Of a DNA stretch of 64,000 nucleotides, positions 53,510-64,000 are shown piece by piece. This DNA is from Vicugna vicugna (Eukaryota). Under the pieces are notes generated by a model. That model was given only the letters and a program-made list of their open reading frames with translations. It searched no databases and was not told the origin of the DNA. Made by a program: the position numbers and the translations under genes. The stretch lies in the NCBI GenBank assembly GCA_013265495.1, contig MU058839.1, positions 62,001-126,000 of the forward strand, in the 5' to 3' direction. Positions within the stretch are counted from its first letter, which is position 1. Each line of letters begins with the position of its first letter.

Positions 53510-53645
53510 TATTTATTTTTAACAGCTTAATTGAAGTATGATTGGCGTATGACATTGTATTAGTTTTAGGTGTATAGCATAATGATTTGATATTTGTATA
53601 CATTATGAAATAATCACAAGTCTAGTTAATACCCATCACCTTACA
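53510..53645 (-). mobile_element. L1 3' terminal fragment
   Basis: ttatttttaacagcttaattgaagtatgattggcgtatgacattgtattagttttaggtgtatagcataatgatttgatatttgtatac. Confidence 0.7.
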
Positions 53646-55705
53646 CTTCCTCTTTTATAATATAGATGATTAATGGCATAAATTTCCCCATAAGTGGCAT
53701 TGCTTGGATTAAAAATTTTTTTTCACATTCAGTTCAAAATGCTTCTTAACTTCACTTTTGGTTTCCTCTTTGGCCTATAAGTTATTTAGAAGTGTTTTAT
53801 TTAATTTCCAAATATTTGGGGAAGTTGCCAGAAATATTCTGTCATACTTTGTATGGCTTGAATCCTTTTCAACTTGACTGAGACTTATTTTATGACCCAG
53901 AATGTGGTCTACATGTCCTGTGTGCCCTTGACAAGAATGTGTATTCTGCTTTTCTACAACTATTAATCAGGTCAAGTTGGTTAATACTGTTTTTGAATCT
54001 TTTGGATACTTGCTAAGTTTTATCATCTTGTTCCATCAATTACTGAAAGAGATATTGAAATGTCCACTATAACTGTGGATTTTCTTCTTTCACCTTGAAG
54101 TTCTTCCATTTTTTGCTTCATGTATTTTGATGCTCTGTTATTAGGTTCATTAATGTTTAGGATTGTTCTGTCATCTCAATAAACTGATCCCTTTATTATT
54201 ACATAATGATCTTCTTATTCCAGGTAGTATTTTGCTGCTCTGAAATCTACTTTACTTGATAGTAATATAGTAGTAGAATAGTAGATAGTTGTTATTCCTG
54301 TTTTCCTTCATATAGCTTTAATCTTGATGTATCTTTCTCCAACGTTTTAAATTTAACTCATGAGTATCTTTATGTTTAAAGTAAGTTTCTTGTAAGGCAA
54401 CATTTATTGGGGTCCAATAATCTTTGCCTTTTAGTTGAAATACTTAGATCATTTGCACTTAATGTTATTACTGATATGATTAGATTTACATATATCATCT
54501 TGCTATTTGTTTTCTATTATTCCCATCTCTTCTTTGTTCTCTTTTTCCTTCTTATTGTGGATTATTTAAATTTTTATGATTTCAATTTATCTTCTTAGAT
54601 TATTAGTGATAACTCTCTGTTCTGTTATTTTAGCAGCTGCCTTTGGGCTTATAGTGCACATCTTTAACATATCACAATCTATTGTCAATTGACATTATAC
54701 CACTTCACATATAGTATGAGAATCTTTAAGCAGCATACTTCCATTTCTTCCTTTCTTGTCTTTGTGCTGTGGTTGTTACAAATTTTACTTCTTATGTGTT
54801 ATAAGCTACACACTGTATTGTAATTAGTTTTGTTTAAATAGTTATCTTTTAGTGAGATTTAAATAATGAGGAAATGGACTATCTATATTTACTCATGTAA
54901 TTACCATTTCTCATGTTCTTTATTCCTTTCTGTGCATCTATATTTCCACCCATTACCATTTTATTTCTGCCTGAATATTGTCTTTAGTGTTTTTTATAGG
55001 GTGCATCTGCTGGTGAATACTTTCAGCTTTTGTTTGCATGAAAATAACATTATTTTGCCTTTGGTTTTGAAAGATATCTTCATTGAGTATAGAATTCTAG
55101 GTTGGTAGTTGTTGGAATTTTTTTTTTTTTGAGTACTTTAAGTATATTGACCCACTGTCTTCTCACTTGCATTGTTGCCTATGAAGACTCTGTTATCCTT
55201 ATCTTTGTTCCACTTTACATAGTGTAACTTCTTTCTCTGATGGCTTTTAATATTCTCTCTTTGTCACTGGTTTTAAGCAAGTCAGTTATAATGAGGCTTG
55301 GCGTCATTTTCTTCTTGTTTCTTGTGTCTGAGGTCCAATGAACGTCTTGAATTTATGGATTTATACTTTTCATCAAATTTAGAAAATTTCCAGTTGTTGT
55401 TTCTTCAGATATTTTTGTCCTCCCACCCACACCTTCAGGACTCCAATTACACATACATCAGTCTGCTTAAAGTTGTTCCATAAGCTCACTGATGCTCTGC
55501 TCATGTTTTTAAAAATTATCATTTCTCTGTTTCATTTTGGATAGTTTCTATTGCTTTGTCTTTAAGTTCACTAATCTTTTCTTCTTCAATGTCCAATGTG
55601 CCAATAACTCCATCTTATACATTGTAGCTATAATTTCTAGAAATTTTGTTAGGGTCTTTTTTATATCTTAACTTCTTGAACATATGGAATAGTTATACCT
55701 GTCTT

Positions 55706-55826
55706 TTTGTGTTTTGTGTTTTTTTTTTTTTGAGTGAAGGTAGATTTATTCAGAGAGATACATTGAAAGGCAAGAGAAAGGCCACGAGGTTTGGGCATTG
55801 GGTGCTAAGTTTAAAAGTAGGTACAG
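55706..55826 (-). mobile_element. ~120-bp polyadenylated retrocopy of an LTR-like transcript end, with TSD
   Basis: Minus strand: ..ctctctgAATAAAtctaccttcactc + A-rich tail; TSD agttatacctgt(c/t)tt at 55691-55705 and 55827-55841. Confidence 0.8.
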
Positions 55827-56404
55827 AGTTATACCTGTTTTAATGTCTTTATCTGCCAATTTTAATATCCTTGTCAGTTCTGTGTCAGTTTAGGTAGATT
55901 GATTTTTCTCCTTATTATGAGTAGTATTTTTCTGTTTTCTTGCATGTCTGGTAATTTTTTATATATGTCAGATCTTGTGAATTTTATCATTTTCAATATT
56001 GGATTTTTTTTAATGCCTTCAAGTATAATTGAGCTTTACTCTGGAATGTAATGATTTGGAAATGATGTGCTCCTTTGAGATCTTGCCCTTAAGATTTGAT
56101 AGTGAGAATTAGAGTAAGTTCAGTCTAGGGATATTCATCACCCACTTCTGAGGCAAGTCTTTTCTGTTTATTGTGTTTAGTTCTTCACGAATCCTGAGAT
56201 TTCCCAATCTGCCTAGTAAGAACAGACACTATCCCTAGCCCTGTGTGAGTGCCAGACACTGTTACCTCTAATCATTTTGAATGTTTATTTCTCTTAATTC
56301 AAATAGTTTTTACATGTGCATGCCTTGCTTAAACCTCAACTGAGGCAGACCCTGTCCACATCTCTGTAATTTTTCACACTGTGCAGTTCTCCCCTCTCTG
56401 TGTC

Positions 56405-56467
56405 CTGGAATCTAATTGAGTTTCCTCTCCCTGAGCCACTGGAATCTAATTGAGTTTCCTCTCCCTG
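56405..56467. repeat. Local tandem duplication (29-bp exact unit, period 34)
   Basis: ctggaatctaattgagtttcctctccctg at 56405-56433 and 56439-56467. Confidence 0.95.
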
Positions 56468-58149
56468 TGACACAGCCTGGGAAAACCCTCACAGCCCGAA
56501 GCTGGGACAACTGTAGGGCTCATCTATTTGCTTCCCATCTCATAATGATAACTGTCATTTGTTGCCTTACAACAGTGTCTTGCAAAGCATCTTTTCATAT
56601 AGTTTGTCCTTTTTTTTTTTTTTTTTGGTTGTTTCATGTGTGAGAGTTAATCGGGTCCCTGTTACTCTGTAATGGGTGAAAGTAGGAGCCCCCATCATTT
56701 CTTTTTAAATCTACTCTGATTATTTTCATTTGGTTGACAAATCATCTAGCCTCTTGCCATTAGGTATAGTCTATTGAATGCCTGAGATATGGTCATTTGC
56801 ATCTAGCTTTTGTATGAATCTCTGGAAGTTATTTTAGAAATTAACAATATAATTTGGAATGTGTTTCATTTCCCTAAGGTCTATGTTTCCTTCCTTCACC
56901 ACTTAGCTGATGCCTTTCTTCTAATGGGTTCCTCCCTTACATTTTTTAAATATGTGTCAACCAGGCTAATTGTTTACAGCACCAGAGCTTTTAAGTTGTT
57001 ATTGATTTTTTTCATCACTTAAATAAGAAATATATGTATGAAACCATTTATTTGAGTAAGTGTGTAATAGCTGATTTCCTCGTCTAATGGACAAAAACAT
57101 CTAGGGGATTAGGAGACAAATATTTATGAATCATATGCAGTATGAAAATAAACATTGTAGACATAACCCAAACTAGTATTTACTGAGGACCAATTATTGT
57201 TCAAGTACTGAGCTGAGTTTTTTTCCCCCCAACATTATTTTAATTATCTTTACTTTATAAGGTAGATACCTCCCCACCCCATTTTTTCAGACAAGGAAAT
57301 TGCATTTCATAAAGTTAAATAATTGCTACAAGTCACTTGGCCAATAAGTAACGTAGCCAGGATTTAAACCCAAATTGTCTAATTCCGAAATCCAAATTCT
57401 TTCTCTTCTGACATACTGGCCCAAGAAGAAATCAACCTGTTGCTAGACTAGACTTTCCTGCCTGTATTCACTAGTGTGCCCAACTGCAGAAAGACACATT
57501 AAAATCCTCTCAAAAGCAACTGAAATACCAAAATCCTTTGAGTTAGACTTCTTTTTTTATCAATGCCTTTCTCTCAACTTGAAATTATTTGAGCAACAAA
57601 TAACTTAGTGACTATAATAATACAGGCAGTGAATGAGGTGGAAATCATTTCTACTTAGAAAAAGGGTTTATTTGGATTATCTAAAGTTAGAGTCAGCCCC
57701 CAAATAAATGCCACGTGAATTAAATCTCTAAGCATAAAAAAGCAAAGTCATAATGTTTTAAAATGAAATTAGATAATTTTTTTTAAAAAATGTGAATTTG
57801 GGAGATGCCATTCAAAGTAAGAAACAAAATCTGGAAACCATAAAGGAAAATATCTGACACATATGACAATGTGATTTTTTTCATTTACATCTGTACCAAA
57901 GGTATTCCAAAAATTCCAAAAAAAAAAAAAAGGCCTCAAGCAACAGAACTGGAAGGAAATATTTGACATTTGTAACAAAGAGTTAATATTTTAATTGGAC
58001 TATCCTCAGCTCAGCATTACTCACTAATGGTTCTCAGCATTAATTTCAAATAGAGGCCCTTGCTGTGACAAACCTTTTCTTTCAGGCCACCATCCCTCTG
58101 GTTAAGTTCTTGAGTCTGTCCTCATCCAGAGTTCCTAGGATCATGAAGA

Positions 58150-58330
58150 GAGTTAACCAAGTATGGGTTGAAGCTCTGGCTCTGCCATTTACAAGCTACA
58201 TGATGTTGGCCAAGTCATGTAGCCTCTCTGCATGCCCAGTGGGGATAGAAACAGTGCTGAGCTCACAGCGTTTTTGTGAGAATCAGTGAACATTGTCTTT
58301 GGTGTATAGTAAGCATTAAATAAGTGGTAG
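58150..58330 (+). mobile_element. MIR SINE followed by an L2 3' end
   Basis: gggttgaagctctggctctgccatttacaagct..gatgttggccaagtca...atagtaagcattaaataagtggtag. Confidence 0.6.
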
Positions 58331-58574
58331 CCACTGCTCCCTGTTACATCCTCAGTGCAGGGACATCTGGCACATAAAGACACTCAATAAGTATTTGTTG
58401 AATAAATAAACACCTTCTACAGATCAAGAAGAAAAGGACACCCCATAAAAAAATAAGCAAAGGATATGGTTGAAAATACACAGAAAAATGCAAATATTTG
58501 CAAATGCATGGGAAAAGGCTCGATCTCAATAATGATAGAAATACAAATTAAAACAAAACCAAAATATCTTGTTT

Positions 58575-58674
58575 ATTTTTTAAATTAGTATTTTTTTTAT
58601 GGAGGTACAAGGGATTTAACCCAGGATCTTGTGCATGCTATGCACGTGCTCTACCACTGAGCTATACCCACCCC
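58575..58674 (-). mobile_element. Short tRNA-Ala-derived SINE (camelid Vic-1-like)
   Basis: Minus strand ggggtgggtatagctcagtggtagagcacgtgcatagcatgcacaagatcctgggttaaatccc...+A tail; A box and B box; degenerate TSD aaa(a/t)ta(t/c)cttgttt at 58561-58574 and 58676-58689. Confidence 0.85.
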
Positions 58675-61600
58675 TAAATTACCTTGTTTTTAATTGTCTG
58701 GATTGAAAAAAAAATGTTTACATGACTTACTGATTATATCCAATGCAAGCAAGATTGTTGGGAAATCTTCCTATACATCCCTGATGGACTAGAAATTAGT
58801 AGAATAGCCCAAGAAAAATATTTGGCAATAGTTTTTAAACTATAAATATACAAATTCAGCAAAAGTTCTAGGAATCTAGCTTACAGAAATAATACATGAG
58901 TATGGAAAGATACATCTTTAAGGATGCTCATTTCACATTGTTTGAAATTTAAAGCATCAGAAATAACCTAAATGCTCAACTACTGAGAACCACTTTAAAA
59001 AATAGTGATACATCCATATAAGTGAATGAACTAAATCTAAAAAAGATCCATGATATATATTCTTGAGGATATACATTTAAAGAGAGAGCAAATTGCTCAT
59101 CAATATAATAACTAATATTTGTTGAACACGTGTTAGTGTAGCAAGCAATTTCCAGGAGTTATCTTATTTAATCATCAATATATATAGCCTCTATGAACTT
59201 CAGTTGCTTCAGATGTAACATAAGAGGATAAGACCAGATAAGCTCTAAGATCCTTTCCATCCTAGTTCTAAAATACTAACTATACTAAGATACTTATTAA
59301 GATACTTTTTTGAGAGCCAACTAGTTCTAGAAAAAGCTGAGCACAATGATGCCTCTGAGAATTGGACAAACTGGTGTCTAGTCATGTGATGTCTACTATG
59401 GAAACTCTGTAGTGCATGATTCTGCTTCCTGAGAAATATTCACAATCTTGTTATCAAGTGTTAAACAAAATTGAGACCATTGATAATTGGTGAAGTATGG
59501 CTTTCTTATGTTAAGGTGAACTGCTTTCCTCTTGAAGTCCACCTGTATAGCAAAGTGAACTCAGGTCCTCTAACTATGCGGGAGATACCAACCACATGCT
59601 CTCCTGTGGGTCTAACTGTAGATGAACAACTTTTTTCGTTGTCTCCCCACTTGCACAGAGCTTGCCTCCTAGTAGTCCTGGAACTGTGATGTTAGCAAGT
59701 GCCAGCTTTCACACCAGGAGCTGGGAAGTAGAGAATGAGAGAGTAAAGCATAACCAAATGCGGGGCAATTGCACACCCCTAGCGGATCCTTACTTTTGGT
59801 CCATTCACCGTCCATACCAAGGATGTGCAAAGGAGTGCCCTTAATTCTGCCCTGTAGTGAAAGGGCAAATTTAAGTTCTGAACATGTGTGGAATACTGTG
59901 GGAATATGAGAAAGTGAGTAGTGAATTCAAGATTTTGACCACATGCTCATATTTTTAGAAAGATTTTATTATCTTTTGTGAAAACTTAGCAAAAAGGTTA
60001 CTCTTACAACTGCCCTAATTAAAAAAAAATTGTAGCAGAGGTATATTCTATCCCTGGATTAGTAGTATCTGACAAAAACAATGTGTTTACTAGTAGGTAC
60101 GGATTCAGAGTACAAAATAAACTCTGATTCCTGCCTATTTGATAGAGACTCTTTATCAAATAAAAACAACTTACTGGGTGATCATATCCCAGACACTGCC
60201 ACTCCAGTTGTGCAATCTGCTGGGACTTGTTTCGATACTATTAGTAGCACTGTGTGAAAAATGACCATCAGCGAGGCTGGAAACTTTGGAATCATCTATC
60301 CCAAAAAAGGATGAAAGCCCACTTCTGGCATGTGTCAGGCAACTGGAGTATCAGTTTGGAAATTGATGACTGCCTGCTCCTGCTCCCAAGACCAGAAAAG
60401 TGCACCCTCTTACATGGGCTGCAGTAATCCATCCAAACGCAGTGTTTAAAAATGAAAAAGAAGGGGAGGTAGGAGAACAGAACACAGGTGTGTTTGGCTC
60501 TACTAGAAAATTTTAATTGTTTTATGTACAGATTATATCTACCAGCCCCGACTCTCACAGCAGTATTAATATGCAGATAGTTTATCAGTAATCAGGTGTC
60601 TTCGTTATGCTTAAAACCAGTTGCTGTCTTTTGAGCCAAAGGCTGAATAAAGGCCAATAAAATCACAAATAAACTAACATTTTTCCTGATAGGTTTTTTC
60701 CAAGGGTAATAGAGTCTAAAAGAATCCATAAGGGGCTAGCCCACCTATTCCTCATGTAAGATACTGGCTTTGAGGACTGCAGAGTGCAAGTTGAATATTT
60801 GTCTAACTTACTGCATCTTTGTGTTGACAAGTAAGGGATGTAAATATGTAGCCCTCAAATGAGACAGAGGTTCTATGGGCCTCCTCTACCTCTGACCCTG
60901 GCTCCATGGAGCTGTGGCCACTGCAAAGACGTAGCTTATTGCTACTTTGAACTCAAAGCCAATGCTCTGTTTCATACTTTACCATCCTCCAATACCAGCT
61001 TCACTGAAGGGATAAATGCATTGCACCCATTTATATGCCTTTCTATTCAATGGGCCAGAGGCAGGGCTACCGCATGCTCTCTGGAGCTTTGTCCTCCTCA
61101 AGCTTAGGAGTAAATCCCAAGAAGAGAAAGGGGTAGAAGCAGGCATTGGAAAGGCCAGAGGACAAGCTTGATGGCACACACGTACTATTTCATGTAAAAT
61201 TTGTCTTTAGCGGTAATGTGTGTCCCTTATTTCTCATTCCCTGGAAGTGAAGTCCTTCCCATGAAGCTTCTATTCTTTGTCTATTCCCAGTGAAGTTATT
61301 CCTGTGAAGCTCCTCTTTTTCCTCTGGAAAGCCCACCCACCTCCTAAACATGGCTGAATGCCCTAGGTATCCCTGGCTTGGGCTCTTATACTAGGATCTC
61401 AGACAAACAGTAAGAATTACAAAGAGGAGAAAATTGGATTATGAATTCCTGTGCTTGAATTATGAAGAGGAGAATATTGAGGGAAATACTGGTTACTCCT
61501 TTCATTTTGAAAAGGCTAAATTTCTAATTAAAAAAATTAGTGCCCCTCTTAGCAAATTTGCCTAAATGTTCTGGGTCTGTTGAAAAACTATTACACCTGC

Positions 61601-63221
61601 TCTTATTTCTCCAGATGGAAGGACTCGTTACTCTTCAATTTTCCCCTTCCCATTTTAAACTCAGACTATCTCTCAGAGATGCTCAAGAATACTGATCCAA
61701 TAAATTCCCCAGTGCTGTCAGCAGTGGCTCCATTCTAGAGTGAAAAAGAAAGACACAACCATTCTTTTGTCGGAAAGAGACTTAGGAAAGAAAAAACAAC
61801 CTTCAGTGACTTTTTTCTGAACTTAAGCTTTTATTTATTTCTGTTGCATCACCAAATGATTTCAACTGGGGGTAGTATTTTAATACAGAAAAAAAGTAAA
61901 GCAAAAAAGTAAAACTCGAGCATATTTGACATTTGAAATTAAGCTGATTGGCTGGTATATTTTAAAACATATCAAATAAGACAGGCATCAGTGTTTGACA
62001 AATTTTTACACAAAATGTATTGTAAGAAATAAGTGAAAGAGAAAGTGTCAACAATTTTTTTAAATAAAATTTAAAAGACAAATGCACAGAATTGCAGCAG
62101 GTGTATTAACTCTGTGTAGAATTTAAAATGACTTTTGTGGTTTATAATCCTTTTAAGATTCAATCTGAAAAATTGCTTTGGAACAATGAAAACATGAAAT
62201 CAAATCATAAAGCAGACTAACGGATAAAGACTATAACACAAATGGACATACTTTATCCTGCCTGTTCAAAACAAGAGCACATTTCTATTTCTTTTATAAG
62301 CACAGAGAAGGGTCTACATTAATTTGCCTCACAATAGTCATGATTTCCTTTGCAAAATTTTAAGCTAATTTAAAGCTCTAATCTGATCATATTTTTTTAA
62401 TATTCACTATTGCTTACTGGTTCAATTCTTGTGTATATATACCCCCCCAAAAAAAATCAAAATTACATAGGTATTGATGGGCATTCAGCCATGAATATCA
62501 CAAAACAACTGTTGCAAGGACTGGATCATAAGTGGGGTTTTTAGGGCTTTTTCATTCCACTTTGAAATTGTCATCTTTGGGTTTGAATTCTGCTGATAAT
62601 CAGTGTCTGCCAGGCACAGACTAGATAAACAAGATCAGAAACCACATCTTCTCATTGGGCTTTATTTCTTCACTATTTCTGTGCAACTTTTCATAGCACA
62701 TTGACATTCTCTGCTGTAGTCGCCATGTGATTGGGTTTTAATGTATGGCTGCATGTCCCAAGGGCAGAGCAAATTATGCTACCTGAACCCTTTATCTGTA
62801 AGCAGCAATACAACAGGGCGATGTAAAACAGAAGACAGATTTATTTAGACATAAACAATGTAAAAAATATTATTCGATACAAGAAACATAAAATCCAATA
62901 TCCCAATAAATCTAGCTGACAAGCCTTACCTTATTGCTAAATGATTGCACAAAAGAACAAACTTTCTTTAATGTTTCCAGGTTGACAAATGCAATATGTT
63001 CTGTCTACAGCCTCCTAACTTTGTCAGGAGCTATAAAGTCCTTTCCTCTTGGGTGCCAATATTTCTGAGGAGGTTTACAGGATTTCAGAGTCTATCCTAT
63101 TGCAGCTTACCAAGGCCCTGGCCTTGTATTTGTCCCCTGATATTTATGAAAATAGTGAGTACTACCAAGTGTGATGTTGCTTATATTTTGTCTTAAAATT
63201 ATAATCAATTATAAAAATGAT

Positions 63222-63385
63222 CTGGGCTGGGACATCTGAGACATGAATGTTCATGTACATCACCTGAGGGCCTCATTAAAATGCAGACTCAGAGTCAGTT
63301 ATTTTGAGTGAGGCCTGGGATTCTTCATTTTGAACAAGGTGTAGCCAGTGCTGCATGCCTGTGGATCACATTTTGTGTTGCCACA
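63222..63385. mobile_element. MER5A-like hAT MITE
   Basis: catcacctgagggcctcattaaaatgcagactc...gaggcctgggattcttcattttgaacaag...ggatcacattttg. Confidence 0.65.
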
Positions 63386-63779
63386 GTCAGTATGACCTCA
63401 TTTAAAGGAGAGAAAAATCTGACCCAAACTGGACTTAGAAACAGATTTCCACAGCTACTAGGACCATTGTGTTGGAACATTTATTAGACTTCTACTTTGT
63501 GCAATAGGGGTGCAAGAGGAGGTGCCCCAGTTCTGTCCATCCTCGTGGAGCTTGCAGGGACGCAGGGAGCCAGGGCAGAGAAGGGGAGAACTTATGCAGA
63601 GCTCACAGCTGGAGCTGGAATTCACACTTCCTCAGGTCCAGTCCACCATCCTGCCTAGCCTTACAGACTCCTGCCTTCTGACTGTTTTTTAGTCCACTAC
63701 TCCTTCAAAAGCATGTTACATATACGATGCTTCTCACAGTGTTGTGCAAAACAAGTGCATGTTGGATGCAAATATAAAA

Positions 63780-64000
63780 TGGTAGCAGAAAATGCAGGAA
63801 GATGGTTAAGCACTCAGTAGGCTTAGGAGTTAAACAGATCTAGTTTCAAATCTGCTTGCGTCACTTACTAGTGAACCTGGGCAGGTTAATTACCCTCTCT
63901 AAATCAGATTCCTCTTCTGAAAATGTCAGTAATAACACCTACTGCTTTCAAAATTGTAGAATAGATAAAAAAGATTAGACTGTATAGCACAGGGAAATAT
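63780..64000 (+). mobile_element. MIR SINE
   Basis: gtttcaaatctg...tcacttactagtgaacctgggcaggttaattaccctctctaaatcagattcctcttctgaaaatg. Confidence 0.7.

Larger units (their letters stand above)
53650..56690 (-). mobile_element. Old, heavily deleted L1M (endonuclease region, ORF1 and 5' region remnants)
   Basis: T-rich tract with antisense L1 signatures: tgtgcccttgacaagaatgtgtattctgct; ttttgaaagatatcttcattgagtatagaattctaggttgg; ggactccaattacacatac. Confidence 0.7.

Noticed and set aside
58595..58674. tRNA gene
   Set aside because: Degenerate B box and acceptor stem, plus A tail and TSD, indicate a SINE copy.
59659..59844. Good plus-strand acceptor followed by a 60-codon open frame
   Set aside because: Peptide not recognised and only a weak donor follows; insufficient support.
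1..64000. Prokaryotic-type systems (CRISPR arrays, operons) or a host protein-coding gene
   Set aside because: Sequence is mammalian and repeat-rich; no regularly spaced repeat-spacer array and no recognisable coding exon seen. Small exons could have been missed.

Overview
Mammalian non-coding DNA (intronic or intergenic), AT-rich and dense in repeats. It is probably camelid, because it carries a short tRNA-Ala-type SINE and I saw no Alu, B1, Bov-tA or PRE-1. I could not recognise any host protein-coding exon; the convincing ORFs are LINE-1 ORF1/ORF2 remnants. The standout is a ~2.6 kb minus-strand interval (31563-34130). Manual translation shows degraded motifs in the order of a Penelope-like element: reverse transcriptase, thumb, linker, then GIY-YIG endonuclease. 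It is bracketed by a 56-bp direct repeat (48/56 identical, containing a hairpin) and split by a later ERV LTR. Other notable items are an ORF1-only (HAL1-like) L1 with a perfect 14-bp TSD, a polyadenylated LTR-like retrocopy with a TSD, and an internally primed L1 fragment with a TSD. All repeat family names come from pattern recognition, not a database search, and boundaries of old repeats are approximate.
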